Position numbers and translations under genes: made by a program. DNA of 63,097 nucleotides, filler included, from Octopus bimaculoides (Eukaryota): NCBI RefSeq assembly GCF_001194135.2. It is 8 parts of 7 records of this genome, joined end to end, with 100 filler letters (N's around TTAATTAATTAA, not from the genome) between each part and the next. Parts side by side here need not be neighbours in the genome. Positions count along the whole stretch, not along the records: positions 14,039 to 39,956 come from NC_068985.1; 7 more parts are not named here. One strand, 5' to 3'. The notes under the pieces are model-generated. The model made no database searches. It saw nothing but the letters and a program-made list of their open reading frames with translations, and was not told the origin of the DNA. Numbering within the stretch: position 1 is the stretch's first letter; every line of letters starts with the position of its first letter. Shown one piece after another: positions 14,552-28,907 of this stretch.

Positions 14552-15179
14552 TACATGTGTGTGCACGCATGTGAATGTGTGCGTATAAAGACATGAGTGA
14601 ATGTGCTCTCTGTCCCCTAAATAGGAATCATTTAACTATATTCTGTATAAGAAACCCCAAGATGCTAATAAGAAACATAATATACACACACAAACGCATA
14701 CACATATACAATCATCCACACACACATGCATTACAATGCGTAGTGTGTGTCTGAGTGTGAAATCTTATACTGCGGTGTTTTTCCTTTCACTGTCAGAAAC
14801 ACCGATATCACAACCAAGTGAATGACGACGGCGACGACGATGGGGGGAAACCTCCTTCACCCCCACCTCCACTATTCTCACTTCTCACAAATACCCCGAC
14901 TACACATCCTACACTCCACTCATTCCCTCTCCCTCACCCCCACCTCGCTAAAACCACTGTCAACACAACGCAACAGTCTTTTATTCAAAGCCGGTAACAC
15001 ATCTAACACTTTTGTTTTAATAAGTTATTAGCAATAACAAACGGAAGCGACTGCAACAAAACCTCGACACGAATCCAACACCACATTAATTCGCATCAAA
15101 TGCCCTATCATTCCCCATTACGACAACTGCCACTACTGTTACCAACACCACCACCACCACCACCGCACCGCTGCTGCTG

Positions 15180-15221
<42 letters not shown>

Positions 15222-15263
15222 TCACTACAACTACTACCGTCCTTATTACTCTTGATAATGCTT

Positions 15264-15337
<74 letters not shown>

Positions 15338-16479
15338 GTTACCATCATCATCGTTACCATCATCGTCATCATTGTATAAATTACCATCACAATAATCATA
15401 TATTTCCTCATCATTCTATCCATTTTGTGGAAAATAAATACTACAATGGCAGCAACTACAGCAGTTGTACCACAACCAAAATCAACAACCAGAGTAGCAA
15501 CAGAGGAACACAATGGCAAAAAAAAAGAAAAGAAAAAACTCCCGAAACAACAAAAACAAAAATAGCAACGTCCTGAAGGACGTTTCAACCGCTTACTACC
15601 CACAATGGCAAGACGCTCCAAGTCTACAACAATACAAGCACAAGATGCACGTTCGCATGTACCCGTTCTCTGCGTCTCAGGCTTCTCCGGCCCAAGATCT
15701 TGTACGACGAGATCAAGTCGACCCATTGCAAGGACTCATTGACCTGGCTTTAAGAAAGTTACAAAAAAAAAAAATCGAATGCGACGTATGGAAGTTCTAC
15801 ACTATAAAGGTCCAATGATGGGAAAGAGCGACAACGTTCTCGGGGAAACTCTAGTCGTCAACTGGAATTAAGTGGCTACTCCATTTCAGAGGACTTTCGG
15901 CACAAGAACCAAGGTTTTCATATTATTTTCGTAAAATATGGCAGAAAATTTTCACGAAGTAGAAATTTGTGTTTGCGAAAGTAGAAAGTAGCCTAAACGG
16001 AATATCTTTGCTCGTAAATGAAAATATTTGCAGGAATTACCTCTAGGCTGGTGATAATTTTTGTTAGTCGATAATTTAATATGCATTCTTACATAAAAAA
16101 AAAAAATCAACAATTTAATGTAGTAAGTAGCTCAAATGAAAAATTAAAATATTGCGTAGTCCGGAAAAGGTGCGTAGCCTGCTATATGCTGTCTAATCTG
16201 GCGACACTGACGGGAACTAAAATAACTTCCAGAAATTACAGATAACTTTCAAAAACACCTTGGCCTGGAAGTACTACCGTGGGACAGAGCTGGTTCTAGA
16301 AAAACTCTACCGAGCATGTAATTTTTTTTTTCTCTTATTCATCCAATTTCTGCGTAAACTTACTCTACTTCTTGTAACCTGTCCTTGAAATGTTCCCTCA
16401 TCTACCAAGCACCCTTGTGAAAATACAATAAAAGATTATCTACATTATTATTATTATTATTATTATTCAGTAGTTTTTA

Positions 16480-16525
<46 letters not shown>

Positions 16526-16806
16526 GGTCGTGGTGGTTGTCACCATTATCCTCGTCATGGTTATTGTTATCTCCTATGTCATCGTTTATTTTTATAAGTT
16601 ATTCAATTAGGGAATAAGCTTATAAGGTCGTGCCAACTCACTTCCGGTTCATCTACCGCTACAATCACTTTCTTGTTGCTCTATGTTGGTGATATGAACT
16701 TTATCACACGCTCCACGCATAAACAATTTTGGTTTATGTTGGTTTTACTTTTTCATCACATTTGTCATTTTTTTTTTGTTTCGTTTTTTAATGTTCTTTT
16801 TGGCAG

Positions 16807-16874
16807 ATGGAAAAACCTATGCCCTTGATTTTCGCTGGCTCATGACTGGTGGGAGTAATAGAATTGACGTTTAG
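16807..16874 (+). CDS. Candidate terminal exon (D)GKTYALDFRWLMTGGSNRIDV*; unverified
   Basis: Long polypyrimidine tract plus GGCAG| acceptor, followed by unique sequence and ATTAAA at 17101. Confidence 0.2.
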
Positions 16875-18440
16875 TTTGAACGTTTGTATGTCGATGCCAG
16901 CAGGAGGGAGAAAAAAGGTGCATTTACAGTTCTGGGTGAGAGAGTTGAGTAAAATGGTTAGAGCAGTTCTTGGCGCTCGCAAGACACAGCAGTATGAGTA
17001 ACGAGTGGAAGACACACAGATATTTTGCCTGTCTATGTCGTTTAACTTTGGGTTAGTTATGATTGAGCAGATTATGATCAAAGTTATTAGAGCTATAACC
17101 ATTAAATGTTTTATTGATACAATGTATCTAGACTGCATTATCACTTGACATTTGCTGAGATGGTAGAGTACAATTTGAGAGGAATTTGGTCAACTTTTCT
17201 AGTAATTTGAGTGATTCCGCTCATATTCATAAAATCGCATATTCAATTCCTGAACCGGGTGACGCGAAGTGGTTGGTCAAAACATTTCATTTCACGTTGA
17301 TCCAGTTTGCTTCAGATGTAACGAGTACCAGCCGGGTGATGATGCAGCTCCTTCTCCTTCTAACTGTCACATCCTGGATGCTCGTTGGGCCAAAGTTGAG
17401 TGGGTAGACACCGTGTCTATGTCTGTTCGCGATAACATTGACATCTTAAACAATTAACGCAAGCATGTTACATGTTACCAAGTTAGGCTCGCTTATGAGT
17501 GATGGCTGTACAATATTTGTTGAGTAATCGTGTAGAGCGTCCCTCGTTAGGTCGAGTATAAGAATAAACCTGGACGTAGGTGGTGGTATGCAACTAAAAT
17601 CTTTAGAGAAACAGTGTCGTCGTATTAGCGGTAGGAAAAAAACAGAAAGGAGACAGCTTGTCTGTAATCTAGTGGTTGAAAAATGCTAGATTGCATCACA
17701 GCCATTCATTTGGGTGGCCATCATATGGATTTATTTTGGGATGTTTTTGGTGCATAATAAATAGTGGCAGCACCGTCCCAGATGTAGGATGTCAGAGAAT
17801 CCGTAAAGTGACCGATAAAATACCTTGCGGTATCTAGTTACATATCTTTATGTTCCGAGTTCAAATCCTCTCGGGTCAACTTTGCTTTCATTCTTTCTGA
17901 GTCAATTGAAGAAAGAACCAGTTACGTATAAGGTATCAATTATATCGATACCTCCTCCTTCGCACGCCTACGAATACACACACAATTTGTTGGTCTGTGC
18001 TCTTAACAGAAATCATCACCATCCTCCTCCTTCTCCTCCTCCTCCTCCTCCTCCTCATCATCATCATTATCATCAGCAGCAGAAAGCTGGATAGTAGAAT
18101 CAGTGAAGTGATGAACACAAACTCTTGTGGTATTTAATTATGTCCCTTCAATTTCAGAGTTAAAATCCCGCTGGGTTTTAGATTATCAACTAGATTCTAT
18201 TCCAAAACCTGTAGCCTTACACCATTGATGGAAGTAATCATTACTTCACTGGTGTTAGATAGTACCCGCATCAATCAAGTACTTTAACCGATTTTAATTG
18301 CCTGCAATTCAAAAGCTGAAGTCCCTTCAACAAAGAAAAAGAAAAATAAGAAAAGGAAAGGAAAAAAGAAAAAAAAGAGAAAAAGTAAAAAAAAGAAAGA
18401 AGCAAAACATCCGACATCGTGTTATCTTTATTATGAGTAT

Positions 18441-19218
18441 ATATACGACGGGCTTCTTTTATTTTCCGTCTACCAAATCCACTCACAAGACTTTGGCAGC
18501 TCCGGGGCTATCATAGAAGACATTTACCCAATGTGCCACACAGTGGAACTGAACTTAACATGACATGGTAGGGAAACATAGCTTCTCAACCATACAGTCA
18601 CTCCAATGGATTATTTGAAAACAAGTTACTTTTGGAGTGTTTGAACGTCCATCTTATTACCTCGGGGTATTGAAAAAGTCTGCCTTTTCGAGATTTATTT
18701 GTTTAAAACAATATAACTTTTTTTTATTTATTAGATAACTGTTGATCATGGCTTAGTCTTATGGAGAAAGAGTAATCGCCATTGGTGGTGGTAGCACAAA
18801 TATGATTTCAAATTTTGACACAAGGCCTGCAATTTCGTGGCAAGAAGTAAGTCGATTGCATCGACCCCTAGTGCTCAACTGGTATTTATTTTATAAACTC
18901 CGGAAGAATGAGAGGTAAAGTCGACCCAGGCGGAATTTGAACTCAGAACGTAAAGACTGACGAAATACTGCTAAGCATCTTGTCCGGCCTGCTAACGATT
19001 CTACCAGGTCGCCGCCTCAAGTAGTATCACTGATATGGTTTCAAGGCCAGTAAGTTCGGGGTGAGTGTAAGTCAATTACATCTACCCAGTGATCAACTGG
19101 TATTTATATTATTGTCCACAAAAGGATGAAAAGTAAAGTGGCCTCGGCGGAATTTGAACTCGAAATATCGTTAAGCATCTTTCCCCGGCCTGTTAACAAT
19201 TCTGCCAGCTCACCGCAT
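18441..19218 (-). mobile_element. SINE cluster: family A head (18441-18604) and two family B copies (18800-19017, 19035-19218)
   Basis: Similarity to the 8453 and 27021 copies. Confidence 0.8.
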
Positions 19219-20479
19219 TAAGTGGCAGCACTAATATAACATAAAATATAGAGCTCAGTAACAGAAAGAAAATATTAGAACCTATTAAAAAATACATATA
19301 TATAAAAGGAAAACAGTCAATAAAGAAGGCGGCTAACAATACCAAACAAACAGACACACACGGAGAAAAATAACAACTTTGTGTTAAATAACAGTGATAA
19401 TATTGACTTAAATATTCGAACCAAAAAGGCAAACAGCAGCAATAGCAATAACAACACTCCTCACATAATCTTTGTTAAATAAAACAAGCGATGAAAATTT
19501 TCGTGAAGGAGTAGTTTTGTGTTGTGCAAACATAAATTCCAATAGATGAATGCTAGACATGGAATATTTCTACGAAAGAAGACTGCCTGGTAGACTTATA
19601 TTGTAAAAACAGTGCATTTCCCCCTAATGTTGTTACACAATGCAAAAGAGAGAAAGAAGGTGATCTAGCTGAGTATTGTTAAGACTTCAGAGGGTTTTAT
19701 TGTGCTCTCTAAAAGAAGAACTGGGGGAAGCATTCATCCACGTGCAGTGATGTCTTATAAAACGAGAGAGGCAAGACATAACATATGTTCATTTTTTATT
19801 TTTAACTGAGGAGGAGGCAAATTCAGTTAGTGCCTCGCCCACCTGCCTAAATAAAGACTAGCACCACGGTATTTGGGCCGACAGGACACGATTGTCGCCA
19901 TAAAAAACATCAATGACAATGTTGATCCCTGGCTCGTGGTCACCTTGGGAAGCTGGTCACCGCTGACGGGATTTTTGACGATATGTGGTCAATGGAGTCG
20001 CTCTGGAAATGCAAGTCCTCATAACTCCACAAGACAACAACATGATTGCTGAGTTGTACTCTGTAATGAGTACCAAAAGAAAAGCTTGAGGGAGGATCGT
20101 AGAGAATAGAAAGGCCACTACACAAGTGGAAGTAAAGTACATTTCAGGGCCTTCGGTTCAGAAGAGCTGGAAAGAAAAGGCAAAAGGAACATCAGACTGT
20201 TGAGGCTATTGTTCTTAGTCATATGTACCAATAGAAGCAACTTTGGCAGCGCTGAAAGAGATCATCTCGTTCTCATTAATACAGAAGTAGCGACAAATTA
20301 TTTCATAAAAAGTTTTTTTTTCCTTCTTTATTTTGCGGACTGAAGGTAATAGTGGTAGTGGTCACTGCCATCTTGGATAGTTATCCAAGGGCCTCAAAAG
20401 TCTAGGGGCCCAATACTAATATATGTATGCTGTGGCGTCGGTTAATAAATAATGGTGTCCTATAATAACTGTCACTCAG

Positions 20480-20790
20480 TCGCTTACGACGACGAGTGGT
20501 TCAATTGATCCGATCAGCGGGACAGCCTGCTCGTGAAATTAGCGTGCATGTGGCTGAGCACTCCACAAATACGCGTACTCTTAAACGTAGTCCTCAGGGA
20601 GGTTAATCGTGACACAGAATGTGACAAGGCTAGTCCATTAAAATACAGGTACTGTTCATTTTTGGTAGCTGAGTGAACTTGAGCAATGTGAAATAAAGCG
20701 TCTCGCTCAAGAAGCACAAAGCACAACCAGAAACCGAACTTACGACCTTACGATCGTGAGCCGCATACTCCAACCACTGATCCACGCCGG
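20480..20790 (-). mobile_element. SINE family C
   Basis: Minus head GGCGTGGATCAGTGGTTGGAG...GGTCGTAAGTTCG, body TTCTTGAGCGAGACGCTTTATTTCACATTGCTC; related to 52271, 44200 and 28860 copies. Confidence 0.75.
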
Positions 20791-21710
20791 GGTTCTATAA
20801 TACCACTAAGACGGCTTTGGTAGCGGCTCGTATTTGTCACTTTCTGCACCACTGAAATAGCGGGTTGATAGACAAGTGGCACTTCGAGACAGCAAAAGAT
20901 GCGACAGTCGAACCAGTCTCCAGAGCATACCTCTTTGATGTTTACTTTTGCAATTCCTGTTCGAATTGGTACCGCTTGTATTATTCTCAAATTCGCGTCA
21001 CACGCAATATAGCTACTTAAATACTCTCGTATCTTTGAGATGTTGTTCGGAAAATCCGAAACTCGAATAATCCAATGTTCATATAATCAAAGTTTGACTG
21101 TACTCAGCAAGTAAAGAAAATTGCTACATACATACATACATGCATATGTATGTATGTGTTTATGTATGTATGTATGTATGTATGTATGTATGTATATATA
21201 TACACACACAAATATATGTATGTAAATATATCCATATTCAACCTATGAAATTGAGTCCCACGAGGGAATTGTCGTTAACTTTAGACGAAAACAGAAGAGA
21301 CAACTGGCCAGGATACGCTCACCTCTCCTCCACCGAAACTGCCAAGGTTAGTTATTAAGATATAAATAAACATATGTACCGAGGCACAAACAATATTTAC
21401 AAAGTAGAGAGGTGGACAATAATTACTTCAGTACCAATGCGGTGTGAGTTTACACACACATACACACATACACACACACACACGCGCGCACTGAGTCATA
21501 GTCGTACGTATTTAATCATACTGTGAAATTAGATCCCATGAGGCTTTTTTTTGCAACAGTTTTGGATGAGGATTGAATATATATGTTTACGTACGTGTAA
21601 TTACAATTACGCAACACATATGTACATTCATATTTTCACGCATACACATATATACATATACACATACAGAAATATATGTATATGTACACATATATACATA
21701 TACATACAAG

Positions 21711-21762
<52 letters not shown>

Positions 21763-22326
21763 NNNNNNNNNNNNNNNNNNNNNNNNNNNNNNNNNNNNNN
21801 NNNNNNNNNNNNNNNNNNNNNNNNNNNNNNNNNNNNNNNNNNNNNNNNNNNNNNNNNNNNNNNNNNNNNNNNNNNNNNNNNNNNNNNNNNNNNNNNNNNN
21901 NNNNNNNNNNNNNNNNNNNNNNNNNNNNNNNNNNNNNNNNNNNNNNNNNNNNNNNNNNNNNNNNNNNNNNNNNNNNNNNNNNNNNNNNNNNNNNNNNNNN
22001 NNNNNNNNNNNNNNNNNNNNNNNNNNNNNNNNNNNNNNNNNNNNNNNNNNNNNNNNNNNNNNNNNNNNNNNNNNNNNNNNNNNNNNNNNNNNNNNNNNNN
22101 NNNNNNNNNNNNNNNNNNNNNNNNNNNNNNNNNNNNNNNNNNNNNNNNNNNNNNNNNNNNNNNNNNNNNNNNNNNNNNNNTATATACACACGCACACACA
22201 TATGTACACACACACACATTAATGCATGTTTATGCACACACTCACTAATTCAGATATTCTCAACTTCTTTTACTCGGACAAAAGTATTGTCACTTTGTCA
22301 GCGACCAGCTTGAATTCTGCGAAGGA

Positions 22327-22384
<58 letters not shown>

Positions 22385-23194
22385 ATACATACACACACAC
22401 ACACGTGTGCGTGTGTTTGTGAGTGTGCATATCTTTTATGTACAGCTATTATACACATGCTTATAGGTTCTATAATTATATCAATACATACCAATATATA
22501 CTTCTAGCTATCTATCTATCTAATTGTTTATTAGTCTATATGCGTATATGCGTATTAATAGCTTTCTATACATTAAAAATAGATGTTTGACGTGCATTGG
22601 CACACCCGCATGCATACATACATACATACATACATACATACATACAAACTGACATACACATATACATACCAGGCATGCCAACAATGCAAATGTTATAACA
22701 TTGACTGACTAGCTTTTGGCGAATTGGTGACAGAACTGCTAGTTCCTTGGGACAACAAGTGACGTCATTGCATTCTTTCTGTCTCCGTTGGTGGTTTGGT
22801 GTTTTTGCTTATAATGGTGCTTGCGACGGAGTAGGTGGTGTTTGCTATTTCCGCTTTTAGTGGTAGCTGTGATGGTAGGAGCTGTCATGGCGGTTATTTA
22901 GTCGATGGTACGTTGGCGTTGATAACGTTAATGATGTAAGTGGTTACAGTAGCGATGGTGTTGATGTTAATATTGGTTTTCGTTGTCCTTGTCGTTTTAC
23001 ATGTTGCCCTGGACCAGATCTTAATATATGATCAAAAGTAATTCAGTCATGAACTTGACATGACAGCTTATTAAGGGCTCAATACCTTATTTAATGTGTT
23101 CTTTCTTTTTGTAAAAGAAAAAGCAAAAAAACAATTGGGTATTATTTGAGGAAGGTTTGGCTGCTGTTTTCACAGATTCATCGATCGCTAAGAC

Positions 23195-23458
23195 CAGTGT
23201 TTCTCAACCATTTTTTTTTTACCTATGAACCCCCTTTGATCACTATTTTACTTAGGTGAACCCTCGTAGCCATTCGATATTCAAAAGAATCATGTTACAT
23301 TTTTATGATTAAATATTATTAACAGTTGTATTAAAAAAATATTAAAACCTTTCGTGTATTGTAAAGTGTAACCAATTTATTGCAGATAAATTTTAACAAC
23401 AAAATCCTATATGGATCCCGCTCCCAAGGGCCATATTGGCCCCGGTTGAGGACCACTA
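23195..23458. mobile_element. hAT-type MITE, 264 bp
   Basis: Imperfect TIR CAGTGTTTCTCAACC / GGTTGAGGACCACTA; 8-bp TSD GCTAAGAC / GCTTAGAC (1 mismatch). Confidence 0.8.
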
Positions 23459-23829
23459 GCTTAGACTTTTCGTTTACCTGCGTTTCTGTCTTGGCAGAGT
23501 AGCTCTCTTCTTGGTAGAGGCTATGATATACGTATGGGATAGTGACGGAAGCGATGGTGTTGTAGAAGTTGGTATCATTAGATGTTCTGGTGGTAGTTTT
23601 GTTACTGAAGTCTCTTGTTGTTGTTGTTGCTGTTGGTGGTGGTGGCGTTGGCGTTGTTGTTTAGCTCCGCGTCAGCTATGATCGAGCAGACATTCTAGCA
23701 AATGCATTCCAGTACAACTTATTCAAAACCACGAACTACTGTATTATAATCTTGTTCTTTTTCTTATAAGAAATCTGGAAGATGGTTCTGAGTCCATGAC
23801 CCTTGCAGACCGTTCAGAGTCGGTGACAC

Positions 23830-24360
23830 TCATGTTCTTAATGTTCTGTTTAAACTGTTGTAAGTCAAAACCTACAGGAAAGACATGAGCAGGAAGAAGA
23901 TTCCAAAGAACCCATGCTCTGGGGAGGAAGGATTGAGAATAGAGCTTAGGGCAAGCAAAGGAGAGTTCAATCGCACTAAAGGTACCGAAAAATGGATAGA
24001 CGAGTGGGTCGTGAGTGCCTGAGTAGTGAAGGTATGAGACAAGTCAGCTTCGGGGAGCCGAGGCCATTATAGCAGCAATAGAAAAGACAGAGAGAAGAGG
24101 CAGCACAACTGTGGGCCGATGACTGGGAATTTATCCGTTAGTGACTGAATTGAAGTCAGTTAAATGTCACTTCTCTGGATGTGATCCAGAATATCAGTGT
24201 GCGTAGTAGCATTACAATTTCAGATGAGAGAGCAGTAAGCCATTATGGATCTCACTTGAATCTTGCAGAGTGTCAGCAGCAGTTGAGAGGGAAAATGTCT
24301 AATCTTTGGGAAGCTGAACTCTGCTCTGGATGTGCTTTCGCCGGGGAAACTCCTCAACGA
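23830..24360 (-). mobile_element. CR1/L2/Jockey-group LINE ORF2 C-terminal fragment
   Basis: LLTLCKIQVRSIMAYCSLI*...DILDHIQRK...SLCLFYCCYNGL...FLPRAWVLWNLLPAHVFPVGFDLQQFKQNI resembles the post-RT region (LYKAQVRPxMEYCSHIW; FFPRTxRLWNxLP). Confidence 0.75.
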
Positions 24361-24467
24361 TAGCGAGGCCCGGCACTTCTCTCGTTGTTGTGTCGCTGAC
24401 GAAGGATTTGTCAAGTTTTGTATGGTTGTAGTGTTGCTAACGGTCGAGATTATTATTATTGTAGGTA

Positions 24468-24675
24468 AGGCGGCGAGCTAGTAGCATCGTTAGCGCGCCG
24501 GACAAAATGCTTAGCGGCATTTTGCCCGCCTTTACGTTCTCGGTTCATATGCCGTCAAGGCCGGCTTTGCCTTTCAACCTTTCGGGGTAGATGAGCTTAG
24601 TACCAGTCGATGAGCTAAGTACCTTCCCACCCAAACTCCAGTCCTAGTGCCTGTAGAAGAAAAGATTATTATTAT
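24468..24675 (+). mobile_element. SINE family B
   Basis: GGCGGCGAGCTAG...TTTGCCTTTCAACCTTTCGGGG. Confidence 0.8.
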
Positions 24676-25269
24676 TGATGTTGTTGTTGTCTAACTGCCG
24701 GTCTGCCTTGTTAGAGCATCCAATGGTATGCGGGTAGACAACCTAATAACGAGATTCCAAAAACCCATAGATCCACATTGACCATAATAGTTCTCATTAG
24801 TTTCGCCTTTTGTTGTTGATGATGTTGGTGATGTTGTTAGTAGTAGCAGTGCAAGCTGTGATTAGGATGACGGTGATGAGTAAAATGTGACAGTCGTAAT
24901 GGTAGTTTATATGTTGTCAGGTGATGGGAAAGAGACAAAGTGTGATGGTGGTCATAGTGTTGACTGCAGTAATGAAAATGATGTTGATGATGACAATGTT
25001 TAGTATTCATGATGGCGATAGTGATGTTAATGGTCAGTGGTGGTGGTGTGGAGGATATTGCAATTTTGATAGAAGCGTGATATCTTAGGATAGTGACAGT
25101 TTCGGTTCCCAGTGGGAACTGCCTCATGCCACTCATGTTTTCATTGGGAGGAAAGGCATGACTGTAACAAATAATAACATTTTCCGGATGCATCTTGAAC
25201 TATTGTTTTTCTTTTTCTTTCTTTTTTTCTTGTTTTTTTTTTAAGTTGTATTGTTTTAATTGCGTGCTT

Positions 25270-26390
25270 TTACTGCACAACCCAGTACAATTCCAAGTGC
25301 CTTGGAGCCGTGAAATGTTTCGTTTTAATTTTGTGTTCTTCCTTTCTCTCTGTAAGAGAAGTTTTATGCTCTGTATACTGTGTATGTATTTAAACCATAG
25401 GATTTTGGTTATGAATTTATTTGTATTATTTTCTTATATTCAAGGCAACAATTATTAAGATTATTGTCTGTTTTAACTCTCCACATACCATTTATTACCA
25501 TTTCAAGATCTTTTCCATTTCTTTTAAAGCTATATAATTGTTTGTGGGGATTGATACATCGATGAAAAGACATTTTCTTACTGATGCCTTTGACACCATT
25601 GTCTGATAAATTTACCTCGAATATTTCAGTCTATATGTCCCAAAATTTGGCCCCTTTCTTTGAAACATTTTGTGATGTATGTTTGTACCCTATCTCTTCC
25701 GTAGTTATTTCATAGAGCTAACATAAGTTCTAACTTAGTCAGACCTCATACATCTCCCCATTTCATAAAGACTGAACAACCAGAAACAATGTAGTTGATT
25801 GTTTCTTCACAACCTCTATATATTCTGCAAAATCTTTTCGTTTTCTGTTTCATTTAGATTTTAGTTCGAAAGCTTTGGCAGAGAACTTCTGACATAACCC
25901 TTCAGTCTAAACTAGGAACCTACTCTTCTTAGCCAGCCTCATTAACAAGCTTCTGTTGTGTCCAGCCTAATATGGTATTTCTCCTGCCATCGTTTCAACA
26001 TATAACATTCTGTAATCCCATTTTCAGTCTAGTTATTAATTTTTTTAATGATTCATGTTATTTCTCCGTCCTTCTCACAGATATTTATCATTTTATGTTC
26101 CATTTTATATTGCTTTGTCTCCTTGAAGACAGAAAAGTGCTTTGTTTTGGTCATATTTTGCAGCTATTTGTATTAACTTTTGTATTAGCTATTTGTATTA
26201 TTCTTCACTAGATATTTTATGTAATTGTATAATAGATACTTTATACTAAAAATCTGGTGCAGAAAATTCTTAGCTTCTTGTATTCTTGGTAAATATCATT
26301 TTTTCTGCACTAGGTTTTAGATGGGATATTCTAACAGTAGCCCCTACTTTTCTTTTAGTCTAGTCCTGCTAATTCACTTATTATTATCTT
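25270..26390 (-). mobile_element. Decayed RLE-type non-LTR retrotransposon (R4/Dong/NeSL group), 3' third; A-rich tail toward ~25200
   Basis: Fragments SHLKPSAEK*YLPR (HHPKADxxRLYLPR-like), CRIYRGCEETINYIVSGC (CCHC knuckle) and RKCLFIDVSIPTNNYIALKEMEK (PD-(D/E)xK endonuclease region), with stops and frameshifts. Confidence 0.75.
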
Positions 26391-27020
26391 TCTCTTTCTT
26401 AAAACACGTGAAGATGGGAAAGAAAAATATATACCCACCGAGAAAACTACAAACTTGCATAGCAAATATTATATTTTGGGATTTAAACAAACGTCAACTA
26501 TTCTGAAAAGGAAAAGGTGAAATGTAAATAAAGAATAACCGGTGAGTATGTTTATAGGGTTTTATTTATTAAGATTTATCCCAAATATAACAATAAGAAT
26601 TAAGAGACATTTTTGGCAAACAGGCACAAAAGTGTCCGCTGCTCACTAAAATGCTCAATATTGACAAATACATTGTAAGGATACCCTGACAATGTTTATA
26701 GATCTTATTGCTATTTTATGGAACATACCTGTTTTAATTTTGATGGCTACCTTAATGTTTTTACAGAAATTGTACCAATTAACGGGTTGTTAAACATTCA
26801 TCAACTGTCATAATGTTTTGAATTGAACAGTTGTAGCGATGTAATTTCTTGGTCTTCCGACTCACTTCGTTATATATCATTATTATCATTTGTTACTACT
26901 ATATCAATAACTAATACACTACTGTTGTACATTTGGCAGGAAAATGATGACAGTTTTATTATGTGTAATCTGATGATTTGTCTGCAAGCTAAAGTTCAAT
27001 GATATCTGCACTTTGCTGAA

Positions 27021-27470
27021 GGCGGCGAGCTGGCAGAAACGTTAGTACGCCGGGCGAAATACTCAGCTTAGCGGTATTTCGTCTGCCGTTACGTTCTGAG
27101 TTAAAATTCCGCCGAGGTCGACTTTGCCTTTCATCTTTTCTATTTCATCCTTTCGGGGTCAATAATTTAAGTACCAGTTACGCACTGGGAGTCGATGTAA
27201 TCGACTTAATCCCTTTGTCTGTCCTTGTTTGACCCCTCTATGTTTAGCCCCTTGTGGGCAATAAAGAAATAACAAACTTTAGCACGCCGGGCGAAATGCT
27301 TAGCGGTATTTCATCTGTCTTTATGTTCTGAGTTCAAATTCCGCCGAGGTCGACTTTGCCCTTTATCCTTTTGGAGTCGATAAATTAAGTACCGGTTGCG
27401 TACTGGGTCAATCTAATCGACTGCCCCATCCCTCAAAATTTTGGGCCTTGTGCCTAGAGTAGAAAAGATT
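27021..27470 (+). mobile_element. Two tandem SINE family B copies
   Basis: GGCGGCGAGCTGGCAGAAACGTTAG...GAGGTCGACTTTGCCTTTCATC...; second copy starts ~27280. Confidence 0.88.
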
Positions 27471-28599
27471 ATTTTCACTTTGTTATTTTCTAAAACAGAC
27501 GGAGATTCATACGAGTACCACAAAGATTCTGTTTGAATAGTTAAATATCTAGTGGCTCGGAATAGGTAGTAACTGCACCCTTCGCAACCAGAAATTCATC
27601 TCCATCACTGTATATTATTATATCATTACTGCTTCCTTCTACGACAACCAACCTCATCATTCAACCCAAATTCCAAACATACGCTGTCTATTACCTCCTC
27701 TCAAATTTCCTGTCCCCAGAACCCCGTCTGTTCCATCGTATCTGCCTAAACTTACCCCATAACACAAATTCCAGTAACATATTAACTGTTTGCCAGTCCA
27801 AAACATTTTCATAAGTTTGCCCTAAACATCCATGCTCGTTTTCAGACTTTTAGTTGGCCCTTGTTTCATAAGTTCTGAGTAATATAAGGCTTTCCTTTCA
27901 TTAGTCCCAAGTTACTCTAGTAGTTGAAAAAAAAATGGTAATGTGTATCATATGTAATGCATGGACACCAGGGAAATATGTCCTGTGTATCACGTGATAC
28001 ACAAGACAAGCAAAAGGTTTAATGGTCGTTATGTCGCCCAAAATTTTTCTCTACAAATCTCTTGTCCTGTTATAATGTGAGAGATCCTTATACAATTCTT
28101 ATTCTTGTAAAGTTGAGTTCAATTCCTGCCAAAGCTGACTTCTACCTTCCGAAGATGACAAAATAATTAACAGTTATTATTATTTAGCAATTTATCAAAA
28201 GCATTCTTGCCGAAAGCATTCCGTCTTTACCCAGGATAATATATTTATAACTGCATCATTACTTAACATAAGTTTAATTAACGCATACCATTAAATTAAA
28301 CACAGTCGAATAAAGGTCTCGTGATTATCCCCCTTTATCGATTTAAGTTGGTCCCAACAGTAAACAGGCGTTTGTTTTTACCATTCCTGAAAGTGGAATA
28401 ATTTCAATAAATCAAGAATCTAAATCGTATAGCATTTAATATAACCTCATACACACTAACTTTATACATGTGGTTAGGATGTTGCATTCAGGATTGCGAG
28501 ATCATGGCTTCGATTTTACTAGGCGGTGCGTTGTATTGGAGAGGAAAAGAGTTCAGTTACATGATATGTAAGGCGAACTCCCTTGTTGTAAACGACAGT

Positions 28600-28860
28600 T
28601 GGGGGTTTTGAAATTTCTTGCTGAACAATCTGCATTGATGATCAGACGTTCGTGTTGCATATTAGCTCCTTCCCTCCATCAAATCGACGTTACCTGTATA
28701 AGTGCACGGTGCGCACACGTCAGAAGTTGAAGTAATCGCAGAGCAACGCGAGTGAAGTGCTTTGCTCAAGAGCACAACTCACCGCGCCCAATGTGGGAAT
28801 CGAAAGCACGATCGTTAGATCGTGAGTACACAACTGAAACTAATAGGCCACGCGTCTTCA
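28600..28860 (-). mobile_element. SINE family C variant
   Basis: Minus head GAAGACGCGTGGCCTATTAG..., body GTGCTCTTGAGCAAAGCACTTCAC; similar to 44200-44465. Confidence 0.7.
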
Positions 28861-28868
28861 CGCTGTAT

Positions 28869-28907
<39 letters not shown>

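Noticed and set aside
14800-14995. Acceptor-flanked proline-rich open frame KHRYHNQVNDDGDDDGGKPPSPPPP...
   Set aside because: Low complexity, weak GTAAC donor, and phase incompatible with neighbouring candidate exons.
17186-17457. Protein-looking ORFs (…PVCFRCNEYQPGDD…)
   Set aside because: Sequence is a decayed SINE family C copy.
25090-25140. Minus-strand CATGAGGCA-GTTCCC ACT GGGAAC-C-GAAACTGTC
   Set aside because: Good hairpin, but the core needs two indels; too degenerate to call.
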